Shown here: piece after piece, positions 24,830 through 32,000 of the stretch | How the letters are laid out: every line of letters starts with the position of its first letter | How positions within the stretch are numbered: the stretch's first letter is position 1 | NCBI GenBank assembly: GCA_022646745.1 | Contig: CP060262.1 | Span: 690,001-722,000, forward strand | DNA: 32,000 nt | Direction: 5' to 3' | Source: Planctomycetales bacterium | Lineage (GTDB): Bacteria; 4484-113; JAFGCY01 | The notes under the pieces: model-generated | What the model saw: only the letters and a program-made list of their open reading frames with translations | Told to the model about the DNA's origin: nothing | Database searches by the model: none | Position numbers and translations under genes: made by a program

Positions 24830-24844
24830 TATAATTTCCCCATG
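24830..24844 (+). promoter_or_regulatory. TATAAT 6 nt before the folE ATG, a candidate leaderless start
   Basis: TATAAT 24830-35, ttcccc spacer, ATG 24842. No SD. The upstream in-frame extension only translates the repeat block. Confidence 0.5.
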
Positions 24845-25420
24845 TCCCCAAGCCCCATCGACAAGGCGCGCATCGAAGCCGCCGTGCGTGAGCTGATCGC
24901 CGCCCTTGGCGATGACGTGTCCCGTGATGGACTGCATGGCACGCCGGACCGCGTGGCCCGCATGTACACCGAGATATTCTCCGGCATGCATGAGGACCCG
25001 GGCGTGCACCTCGAGACCCAGTTCGACCAGGAGTTCAGGGAGCTGGTGCTGTTTCGCGACGTGAAGTTCTTCTCGATGTGTGAGCACCACCTGATGCCCT
25101 TCTTCGGATCGGCGCATATCGCCTACATCCCGGACGGCAAGATCACCGGACTGTCCAAGGTTGTGCGCAGCTTCAAGAGCCTTGCCGCCCGCCCGCAGGT
25201 GCAGGAGCGCCTGACCGGCGAGATGGCGGACCTGCTGATGGACAGGCTGAAGCCGATGGGCTGTGCCGTCGTCGTAGAGGCCCGGCATATGTGTATGGAG
25301 ATGCGCGGCGTGCGTGCTCCCGGCAGCCTGATCACCACCTCCGCGCTGCGCGGTGTGATCAAGGACCGGGAGATCACGCGCAATGAACTGTTCACGCTGA
25401 TTGCCGGGGGCCGCTCATGA
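24842..25420 (+). CDS. folE: GTP cyclohydrolase I
   Basis: Blocks GDDVSRDGLHGTPDRVARMY, FFSMCEHHLMPFFG and VVVEARHMCMEMRGV. Confidence 0.93.
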   Translation: MSPSPIDKARIEAAVRELIAALGDDVSRDGLHGTPDRVARMYTEIFSGMHEDPGVHLETQFDQEFRELVLFRDVKFFSMCEHHLMPFFGSAHIAYIPDGKITGLSKVVRSFKSLAARPQVQERLTGEMADLLMDRLKPMGCAVVVEARHMCMEMRGVRAPGSLITTSALRGVIKDREITRNELFTLIAGGRS

Positions 25421-26280
25421 GCGCAGCCGGCAGCTGGGAGCTGGGCAATGGGCTGGCCATCGACTGCAGCCGGCCACGGATCATGGCGATCCTGAACGCC
25501 ACACCGGACAGTTTCCACCCTGGCAGCCGCCTGCCTGACAACCGCGCGGCCTTGTCAATCCGCCTGAACAACCTGCTGCAGCAGCAGCCTGACCTGGTGG
25601 ACATCGGCGGCCAGAGCACACGGCCCGGCAGTGAGCGGGTCGGCGCGGACGAGGAACTCAGGCGCGTGGTGCCGGTGATCGAGGAGCTCAGGCGGCAGGA
25701 CCCGCATGTGCCGGTCACGATTGACACTTACCACGCCGAGGTGGCTGAAGCTGCGCTGGACAGCGGCGCCAATGCGGTGAATGACATTTCCGCCGGCCGG
25801 CTGGACCCTAAGCTCACCGAACTGGTGGCCCGGCGCGGCTGTGGATACGTGCTGATGCACATGCTTGGCACGCCGGAAACGATGCAGCAGGAGCCCTGCT
25901 ACAGCAATTGCCACCTGGAGATCCGCGAGTTCTTCGAGCGCGAGCTCGAGCGCCTGGAGCAGGCCGGGATCGCACGGGAGCGCATCGTGCTGGACCCGGG
26001 GATCGGCTTTGGAAAGCGGCTGGGCGACAACCTCGACCTGATCACCTGGGCGAAGAGCTTTCTGGAGCTGGGCCGGCCGCTGCTCTACGGCGTGAGCCTG
26101 AAGCGCTTCATCGGGGAGCTGTCCGGCGAGGAGGACACCGCGAACCGCGTGAGCGGGACTCTCGGCGTGATCTGGGAGCTGCTGAACCAGGGCGTGATGA
26201 TCCACCGCGTGCATGACGTGGCCACGGCAAGGCAGATGGTGAATGTGTGGATGGGGCTGCGAGGTTTGAGGTTGGAGTGA
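25417..26280 (+). CDS. folP: Dihydropteroate synthase
   Basis: Blocks IMAILNATPDSFHPGS, VDIGGQSTRPG, VNDISAG and LDPGIGFGK. Its ATG overlaps the folE TGA (ATGA). Confidence 0.92.
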   Translation: MSAAGSWELGNGLAIDCSRPRIMAILNATPDSFHPGSRLPDNRAALSIRLNNLLQQQPDLVDIGGQSTRPGSERVGADEELRRVVPVIEELRRQDPHVPVTIDTYHAEVAEAALDSGANAVNDISAGRLDPKLTELVARRGCGYVLMHMLGTPETMQQEPCYSNCHLEIREFFERELERLEQAGIARERIVLDPGIGFGKRLGDNLDLITWAKSFLELGRPLLYGVSLKRFIGELSGEEDTANRVSGTLGVIWELLNQGVMIHRVHDVATARQMVNVWMGLRGLRLE

Positions 26281-26334
26281 GGAGTTTGGAGGGACTGAAA
26301 ACTGCCTCCAAACTGCAAACTGCAAACTCCAACC
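26261..26334 (+). repeat. TTTGGAG / CTCCAAA heptamer-word hairpin spanning the folP stop
   Basis: G-rich arm gaggtttgaggttggagtgaggagtttggaggg (26261-93), loop actgaaaactg, C-rich arm cctccaaactgcaaactgcaaactccaacc (26305-34). Confidence 0.75.
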
Positions 26335-26335
26335 T

Positions 26336-26360
26336 GATTTCGGGAACCTTTCCCGAAATC
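26336..26360 (+). repeat. Perfect 10-bp hairpin
   Basis: gatttcggga-acctt-tcccgaaatc. Confidence 0.8.
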
Positions 26361-26426
26361 GCAGGTCTTACATACCGATGACACTGAAATGGTGTTGTCG
26401 ACCAGTAATTATTCCCCCTACAGCGG

Positions 26427-26452
26427 CCTCCGGGTAACCGGAGGTTTTTTTT
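26427..26452 (+). terminator. Rho-independent terminator of folE-folP
   Basis: cctccgg-gtaa-ccggagg followed by tttttttt. Confidence 0.8.
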
Positions 26453-26482
26453 GCCTGCCGGGTCCGGCAATCCAGGCAGGGA

Positions 26483-26511
26483 TTGAAACGGGCATCTGGA
26501 CTGGTTACAAT
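26483..26511 (+). promoter_or_regulatory. Sigma70-type promoter TTGAAA-N17-TACAAT
   Basis: -35 at 26483-88 and -10 at 26506-11, about 29 nt upstream of ATG 26540, which has a GGAGA SD. Confidence 0.55.
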
Positions 26512-26539
26512 CAATGCAGTACCAGCTCCGGAGATGCAC

Positions 26540-27514
26540 ATGAAAAAGTTCAGCGCAGCGATCCCGATTCTGTTCGTCCTGCTTCTGGCCTGCACATCAG
26601 CTACCAGTCGCGTTTCACACCAGGCAAGCGTGCAAGTGCAGGTGATTGCAAGCCCACGCGCCTTTGACCGTCTGGCGCAGAATTCAATAGCTGTAAAACC
26701 GCTGGACAGCCCGGGCAACCCATATGTCGGTGAATACTCCGCCATCGACCAGTGGATCCTTGAGAATGCCCTGGCGGATCCGTCAAAGCTGAATGAGCAG
26801 GCAGAAGGAGAAACCGGCGAGCAGGCTTTCGTCACGGAGGATGGCTACATGATCCCCGTATATGTACAGCTGCACCAGGCCGAAACACTGAAAAGCAGCG
26901 GCAAACTCACGGCACTGGCCGACCAGCCGGTTTATGCAATCCAGGCGAAAGGCGTGATCGACCCGGAGCTGCATGCGTCACACCGGGACAAGCTCACGCT
27001 GATCAAAGCGCAGTATCTCCCGCAGATCCCGGGCTGGCTGGCTGGCAACCCACCGCCGAACTCGATGTTCACGGACAAGGGCACTGTGGTCACCATTGGG
27101 CTGCCTGGTGAGGAAAGGAGGAAGAGTGGTGCCGCGCATGATTTTCCGGTAAGCCCACAGCCGTTCTATCTGTTCAGTGCTGATGGCATACAACTTGCCG
27201 GACCGTCAGACACTATCAACGCCCTGTTCGGTGAAGAGCGCTGGCTGCAGATCTATGATGAAATGTTGCAGCGCGGCTGGGCCAGCGCTGATTCCGGCCA
27301 GGGCTTCAGCGCCAGAACGCAGGAAACCCGTTCCGCCGGGGTGTACCAGTTCCGTAACGGAGAAGGCGAGATCATAGGCATCTTCAACTATGACGGGACC
27401 GAGCTGAGCGAGCAGACTGCCCCCGTGCGGGATGCGCACCTGTTCAGCTTCATAAACAGGACGATGCTGCCAGAGATGTACAAAGCCCAGCAGCGAATCA
27501 TCGGACAGATCTAG
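26540..27514 (+). CDS. Hypothetical lipoprotein
   Basis: MKKFSAAIPILFVLLLAC-TS lipobox, with GGAGA 5 nt upstream. The ORF-track start at 26483 lies inside the promoter. No family recognised. Confidence 0.7.
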   Translation: MKKFSAAIPILFVLLLACTSATSRVSHQASVQVQVIASPRAFDRLAQNSIAVKPLDSPGNPYVGEYSAIDQWILENALADPSKLNEQAEGETGEQAFVTEDGYMIPVYVQLHQAETLKSSGKLTALADQPVYAIQAKGVIDPELHASHRDKLTLIKAQYLPQIPGWLAGNPPPNSMFTDKGTVVTIGLPGEERRKSGAAHDFPVSPQPFYLFSADGIQLAGPSDTINALFGEERWLQIYDEMLQRGWASADSGQGFSARTQETRSAGVYQFRNGEGEIIGIFNYDGTELSEQTAPVRDAHLFSFINRTMLPEMYKAQQRIIGQI

Positions 27515-28326
27515 CTGCCCGCGCTTTCGTAGCGCCGGAAGCCCTGGTTGTAGACCAGTACAACGGCGAGTGCCAGCACAAGCAGCACCGTGGCCAGCTC
27601 CAGCGGCAGGTTCGGCCGGCGTGTGCTGTCCAGCATGTAGTCCGCCGGATAGGCCGCCGTGTAGGCGAAGGGCAGCACGAAGGTGAAGAAGCTGCGCACC
27701 GCCGCAGGGTAGATGCTCATCGGGTAGCGCACGGCCTCGCCGAAGTCGAACATCAGGCCATTGAATCCAGCGCGGTCCTTCAGCCAGAAGGCGATCGCGG
27801 CACTCAACAGGTGCAGCGCACCAAGCACACAGCCGCCGCACAGGCCGAGCAGGCTGAACAATGCAATACTGCCCGGGTTGATCGGCAGGCCGCAGTTGGC
27901 CATCGCCCAGATCACAAGCACATAGCCCTTCAGGAGCACGGTGGTGTCCTGGAAGTTGACGTTCTCGCAGAGCAGCTGCCACAGCGCTGGCAAGGGGCGT
28001 ACGAGCACGCGATCGAGGTTGGCCTCGATGATGTAGCTGTCGGCCAGGTTATTCGCCGTGTTGAGGAACAGCACCGACAGCCAGCCCCAGCTCAGCTCCG
28101 CCAGGCCCCAGATCAGTACGACCTCAGGCATGGTGTAGCCGCGGATGTCAGGCACATGCAGGAAGATCGTCCAGAAGAAGAACAGCTGGATCGCGCTGTA
28201 GAGCATGTTGGCAAGGGTCTCGGAAATGAAGTCCCAGGGGTAGGCCATGTCCATCTTCAGGCGCTGCAGCGCGAAGTGCCAGCCCAGGCTGAACATCACG
28301 AGCAGTCGCTGCAGGGCCGATGCCAT
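27511..28326 (-). CDS. ABC-2 family transporter permease-like membrane protein (no partner genes nearby)
   Basis: About 6 TM helices. The LDRVLVRPLP block and the C-terminal FRRYESAGS resemble ABC-2 (DUF990-like) permeases from memory. The stop overlaps the convergent lipoprotein stop (CTAG, 27511-14). Confidence 0.6.
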   Translation of the reverse strand: MASALQRLLVMFSLGWHFALQRLKMDMAYPWDFISETLANMLYSAIQLFFFWTIFLHVPDIRGYTMPEVVLIWGLAELSWGWLSVLFLNTANNLADSYIIEANLDRVLVRPLPALWQLLCENVNFQDTTVLLKGYVLVIWAMANCGLPINPGSIALFSLLGLCGGCVLGALHLLSAAIAFWLKDRAGFNGLMFDFGEAVRYPMSIYPAAVRSFFTFVLPFAYTAAYPADYMLDSTRRPNLPLELATVLLVLALAVVLVYNQGFRRYESAGS

Positions 28327-28416
28327 CGTGCATTCACTTTACCCAGCGCGCAGCGGGATACAAGCGCCTGATCGCCGGAAATGCGAGTGGATATTGTGGC
28401 GGGCAGTGCAAACAGA

Positions 28417-28434
28417 TGGGATAATTCGCGCATG
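28417..28434 (+). promoter_or_regulatory. Extended -10 (TGgGATAAT) 6 nt before the purS ATG, a candidate leaderless start
   Basis: TG 28417-18, GATAAT 28420-25, ATG 28432. No SD. Confidence 0.5.
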
Positions 28435-28683
28435 CAGTTCGCATGCGAGATCATCATCAGCCCCCGAAGCGACATCCTCGACCCCGAGGGCGACGCGATC
28501 GGGCGCAGCCTGGCGCGGCTCAACTTCAGCGGTGCCAGCGAGGTGCGCGTCGGCAAGTACATGACCCTGCAGGTCGAGGCTGACAGCGCGGAGCAGGCGC
28601 GTGAGCGCGTGGGAGAGATGTGCAAGGCACTGCTCGTCAACCCGATCACGGAAGACTACGAAGTGAGCGTGAACCAGCTGTGA
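28432..28683 (+). CDS. purS: FGAM synthase subunit PurS
   Basis: 83 aa with SDILDPEGDAIGRSLARLNF...VRVGKYMTLQVE...ALLVNPITEDYEV. Confidence 0.9.
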   Translation: MQFACEIIISPRSDILDPEGDAIGRSLARLNFSGASEVRVGKYMTLQVEADSAEQARERVGEMCKALLVNPITEDYEVSVNQL

Positions 28684-29381
28684 AGGCCGCCGTAGTCATC
28701 TTCCCCGGCTCGAACTGCGACCATGATGCCCTGCACGCCTGCGACAAGGTGATGGGCTGGACGACGCTGCCGGTCTGGCATGAGAGCACCAGCCTGAGCG
28801 GGGCTGACCTCGTGATCCTGCCCGGCGGGTTCAGCTATGGTGACTACCTGCGCTGCGGCGCCATCGCCGGTCGCAGCCCGGTGATGGAGGCCGTGAAGAA
28901 GCATGCCGGCAACGGCGGGCTGACGCTTGGGATCTGCAACGGTTTCCAGATCCTGATCGAGGCCGGCCTGCTGCCGGGAGCGCTGCTACGCAACAGCTGC
29001 ATGGAGTTCCGCTGCCGCCACATCTACCTGCGCACGGAGACCACGGACAGCCCGTTCACCCGTTCAATGCAGCAGCGTGAGGTGATCAAGGTGCCGATCG
29101 CGCATGGCGATGGCAACTACTTCGCCACGGAGAATCAGCTGGCTGAGCTGAATGAGCAGGACCGCATCCCCTTCCGTTACTGCAACGAAGCGGGGGAGAT
29201 CACGGCTGATGCCAATCCGAACGGCGCGCTGGAGAACATCGCCGGGGTGCTCAGCGAGGGGCGCAATGTGCTGGGCATGATGCCGCATCCGGAACGGGCC
29301 AGCGAGTCCGTGCTTGGCAGCGCCGATGGCAAGAAGCTGTTTGACAGCCTCGCCGTGGCCTACGCCGACGTCGGCTGGTAG
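28680..29381 (+). CDS. purQ: FGAM synthase glutaminase subunit PurQ
   Basis: [26 protein letters not shown], nucleophile block [10 protein letters not shown] and MMPHPER. Its GTG overlaps the purS TGA (GTGA). Confidence 0.9.
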   Translation: MKAAVVIFPGSNCDHDALHACDKVMGWTTLPVWHESTSLSGADLVILPGGFSYGDYLRCGAIAGRSPVMEAVKKHAGNGGLTLGICNGFQILIEAGLLPGALLRNSCMEFRCRHIYLRTETTDSPFTRSMQQREVIKVPIAHGDGNYFATENQLAELNEQDRIPFRYCNEAGEITADANPNGALENIAGVLSEGRNVLGMMPHPERASESVLGSADGKKLFDSLAVAYADVGW

Positions 29382-29388
29382 GAAGACA

Positions 29389-29415
29389 GGGACCGGGGAC
29401 CAGGGAACAGGGAAC
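29389..29415 (+). repeat. GGGACC-type G-tract word block after the purQ stop
   Basis: gggaccggggaccagggaacagggaac, starting 8 nt after the TAG. Confidence 0.8.
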
Positions 29416-29423
29416 ACGTGGAG

Positions 29424-29466
29424 GTCAGGCCCATGGCCTGACAGGAGGCCAATCCCATGGATTGGC
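29424..29466. repeat. Two perfect 8-bp hairpins with cat loops
   Basis: gtcaggcc-cat-ggcctgac (29424-42) and gccaatcc-cat-ggattggc (29448-66). Confidence 0.8.
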
Positions 29467-29505
29467 AGGGGCTGCCATGCGAAAGTCTGGCAACAGTTTC
29501 ATTAG

Positions 29506-29523
29506 TCTGAATAGTGGAAGAAG
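29506..29523 (+). repeat. TCTGAATAG TGGAAGAAG word
   Basis: Identical 18-mer to 13439-13456. Confidence 0.85.
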
Positions 29524-29652
29524 ATCCTGGTTGTCAGTGCTTAGTTCTTAGTTGTAACCTCAACGCAGCGCATCATGCATGGACATGATTTCGCAACACA
29601 GCTCCGTTGTACGTCTTGCGCCGCAGCTCCCACATCCATCAACCCGCATTCA

Positions 29653-32000
29653 TTATTGCCCGATCACTGCGATCCGGCCCAGTTCATCCATCGCGTACAG
29701 CGTGCCGTCAGGGCCGACCGACAGTTCCTGGCGGAATGTGGTGTAGGTGTCGATCTCGTACAGCAGGTTGCCACCGAGGTCACTGCAGTGCAGCATGCCA
29801 TCCATTGTCAGCCAGGCAACCAGCCCACTGCCGTCGCAGACCGGCTGGGACTCGCAGCTGCCCTCGCCGTCGAACAGCAGCTGCGGCGTATGGTCCGCGC
29901 CGGTGATGTCCAGCATGTAAAGATCGCCCTCGCTGCTGACGCAGACCAGGCTGCCATCGGAGCCGATCGCCGGTGTGGCACTGATGCCACCCGGGATGTT
30001 CTCGCTGAATGCCAGTGCCCCGTCGGAGATGTCAATCGCCACAACACCATCCGCCGTACCATAGAACAGCAGGCTGCCACTGAGCACCAGTCCACTCGTT
30101 GGCAGGGGATGGCTCTCCTGCCACACGTCCTGGCCCTGTTCATTGAGCCGATGCACCGTCCCGCTTTCCGTCACCACATAGGCCTGTGCATCATCATCTG
30201 AAACTGGCACGGCAGCCGCCGCACTGTCAATTTCCTTGCTCCACAGCTCGGCCCCGGTGGCCTCAGTCAGGCAGAACACGCGGTGCGTGCCGCTCACCAG
30301 GTTGCTGCCGTTGAGCAGCAGGCGGCGGAAGCTGAATGACGGTGCGCTGATTTCCTCATCGTCGTAGAATTCGTCCCAGGCAATGGACCCGTCGTCCTCG
30401 AACATGGCAACGCCGCAGACGCCGGTGCCGCTGGAGGCGCTGCGCAGGCTCTCGGTCTTGCGCGTCGGCTCAAATACCGGAACATCGGTACGGAAGGTGA
30501 TGCCGACGCGGCGGCGCTTCTGGGTCGGGCTGAGCGGAATCTCAGTCAGCACTGAGCTTGTCGCGCGGATGTCCGGGTCGTTGTCCAGCGGCCCGCCAAG
30601 CGTCAGCTGCGGTTCGCCCGTCAGCTGCAGCTGGCCCTCCAGCCCGCTGAGCAGGCGGTCAAGCACGCTGGCATTGCCGGCCTGCATCGCGATGTTGAGC
30701 CGGGACTCATTGAGCATCTGCCCGCGATCCACGAGGATCGTGCCGTCTGCGTTGTCAATCCCACCCAGCCGCGGCATGCTGATGAGGCTCAGCCGGCCAT
30801 CGCTGCCGATCGCCGGGTTGAAATCGATGCGCACATCCTGCAGGCGCTCCATGTCAACGAGCGGGCTGGCCTTGAAGCGCTGTGTAAGGATGTTGTCAAA
30901 GGAACGCACGCTGCCATCACCGAACAGTCCGGCGATGGTCGCCCCGCTGTCCAGCAGCTGGATCACCGGCTGGTCCACCGGCTGGCTGTCCGTTTCGCTG
31001 TTCGTTGCCGTGTCCCAGTCCACGATGCTCCATGAGCCGGAGTCATCATTGGCAACCAGCAGGCGGTCCTCCGTAGTGTCGGTGGTGAATGCGCCCCACA
31101 GTCCGCTGGCGGGCACGGCTGCCGCATCCATGCTGCCATCCGGCAGCCAGGACTGCAGGCTGGCACCATTCAGGTTGGCCCAGACACGGTCATCAGCACC
31201 CACGGCAAGCCGCGGATCGATGCCGCTGGAGCTCTGGATGCTCTGCGGGTTGAGCCCGGCGAAGTCCAGCGTGACGATAGAGTCGTCGGCCCCGTCCGTG
31301 CCCTTCAGCACCACGAACAGTCGCAGCCCGCTGGAGACGATGTTGCCCGGTGCCGGGGCGGCGAAATCATGCTCAAATGACTGCTGCACGCCGCTGCCGT
31401 TGATCAGGTGCAGGCCGAACACCAGGCCGCTGGCCGTCACGCCGGCGATGTTCTCCGTCGATGCATCCTTGAAGAAGGTGGCGGGGCGGGACAGCACGCG
31501 GCCGACGGCCTGCTGCTCCAGCACACTGCCTGTTGCATCAAGGAAGGTGTATCCGTTGTCATGCAGGGCCATCACGCCGAACTCGCCGCCGAAGTACTGC
31601 AGGTCGTTCACGCGCCAGCCGAGGTCCACGCTCCACAGCTCGCCACCGTTCTCATTGAGTTTCAATACGCGACCGTCGGTGGTGCCGAGGTAGTAGTTGT
31701 CATTTTCGTCGAAGGCCGGCGTGGTACTGTAGCCGAGGTTCAGTCCGCCGGTGTTGTACAGCACCTGTCCGTGGGTGCTGAAGTAGGTGTCACTCAGGCC
31801 GCTGTGCTGCGCGTCGCCACCGGCCATCGGCCAGCCGACGCTCTCTCCCGGCGGCTTGGTCTCATAACTGGCAATGCCCAGCTCGCGCACGCCGTTGGAT
31901 TCGAAATAGGGGCGGATGCCATAGGCATCGCCGGGGGCCAGGCTGTCCAGCTTGACCTCGAAGTAGACCTGCTTCGTCTCCGTCGGCAGGCTGATCGCGC
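29653..32000 (-). CDS. PQQ-like beta-propeller repeat protein (5' end outside window)
   Basis: The WPMAGGDAQHSG motif and repeated DG.L..L...G...W blades (DGRVLKLNENGGELWSV, GTVHRLNEQGQDVWQES, DGTLYAMDELGRIAVIG). The frame stays open from the GTG at 31890 to the window edge (…LPTETKQVYFEVKLDSLAPGDAYGIRPYFESNG), so the true start is probably beyond 32000. Confidence 0.75.
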   Translation of the reverse strand, partial: AISLPTETKQVYFEVKLDSLAPGDAYGIRPYFESNGVRELGIASYETKPPGESVGWPMAGGDAQHSGLSDTYFSTHGQVLYNTGGLNLGYSTTPAFDENDNYYLGTTDGRVLKLNENGGELWSVDLGWRVNDLQYFGGEFGVMALHDNGYTFLDATGSVLEQQAVGRVLSRPATFFKDASTENIAGVTASGLVFGLHLINGSGVQQSFEHDFAAPAPGNIVSSGLRLFVVLKGTDGADDSIVTLDFAGLNPQSIQSSSGIDPRLAVGADDRVWANLNGASLQSWLPDGSMDAAAVPASGLWGAFTTDTTEDRLLVANDDSGSWSIVDWDTATNSETDSQPVDQPVIQLLDSGATIAGLFGDGSVRSFDNILTQRFKASPLVDMERLQDVRIDFNPAIGSDGRLSLISMPRLGGIDNADGTILVDRGQMLNESRLNIAMQAGNASVLDRLLSGLEGQLQLTGEPQLTLGGPLDNDPDIRATSSVLTEIPLSPTQKRRRVGITFRTDVPVFEPTRKTESLRSASSGTGVCGVAMFEDDGSIAWDEFYDDEEISAPSFSFRRLLLNGSNLVSGTHRVFCLTEATGAELWSKEIDSAAAAVPVSDDDAQAYVVTESGTVHRLNEQGQDVWQESHPLPTSGLVLSGSLLFYGTADGVVAIDISDGALAFSENIPGGISATPAIGSDGSLVCVSSEGDLYMLDITGADHTPQLLFDGEGSCESQPVCDGSGLVAWLTMDGMLHCSDLGGNLLYEIDTYTTFRQELSVGPDGTLYAMDELGRIAVIGQ

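Noticed and set aside
24785-24841. N-terminal extension of folE (MFKLVPGPWSPVPVPYNFP). Similar upstream extensions exist for purS (28381), purQ (28620), the lipoprotein (26483) and the S8-like gene (22299).
   Set aside because: The extensions translate repeat or promoter sequence. Family-typical N-termini, signal peptides, SDs and start/stop overlaps support the downstream starts.
28327-28431. A riboswitch (ZTP/purine) upstream of purS, or a THF riboswitch upstream of folE
   Set aside because: I could find no conserved core sequences of these classes. In both cases the -10 box sits only 6 nt from the ATG, leaving no room for a leader.
29421-29470. SRP/4.5S RNA-like AGGTCAGG sequence, and an RNase P-like GAAAGTC at 29481
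   Set aside because: Only short chance matches. The conserved GGAAGCAGCC domain IV partner and the RNase P P4 context are missing.

Overview
GC-rich (about 60% by eye) bacterial chromosomal window, densely coding. I found no rRNA, tRNA, CRISPR array, transposase, integrase or recognisable defence genes.

Gene content:
- Minus strand 497-9601 carries a complete F1Fo ATP synthase operon in classical order: atpZ-like, atpI-like, atpB, atpE, atpF, atpH, atpA, atpG, atpD, atpC.
- Upstream on the same strand are divIVA, yggT and a 644-aa orphan.
- The rest holds an 890-bp ORF-free repeat/hairpin spacer, an IPT/TIG+PKD lipoprotein, a double-M16 peptidase and two orphan genes.
- It also holds a subtilase-like lipoprotein, folE-folP, another lipoprotein, an orphan ABC-2 permease, purS-purQ and a PQQ-like beta-propeller gene that runs off the window end.

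Best candidates for something new:
1. A remodelled ATP synthase operon. An unrecognised cytoplasmic ORF sits between atpA and atpG, overlapping the atpG start and carrying its SD. A signal-peptide ORF sits between atpG and atpD. AtpA carries a roughly 40-aa Cys4 (CxxCG...CxxCG) zinc-ribbon-like insertion. AtpB has histidine-rich N- and C-terminal extensions.
2. A small vocabulary of short tandem words fills almost every intergenic region. The words are GGGACCN, CAGTGGY and TTTGGAG heptamers, CAGAAN hexamers and TCTGAATAG 9-mers, together with perfect hairpins and a roughly 170-nt MITE-like element. The words are strand-biased relative to the flanking genes: the G-rich, G-quadruplex-capable form follows stop codons and the C-rich form precedes starts. 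They nest terminators inside larger inverted repeats, and at two genes they supply the last codons and the stop.
3. Four first-in-operon genes have a (TGn)TAnAAT -10 box 6-7 nt from the start codon and no SD, which suggests leaderless mRNAs.
4. The subtilase homologue has its triad changed to D-D-A and the oxyanion Asn changed to Asp, so it is probably a pseudo-protease.

All family assignments rest on motifs I recognised by eye. No searches were run.
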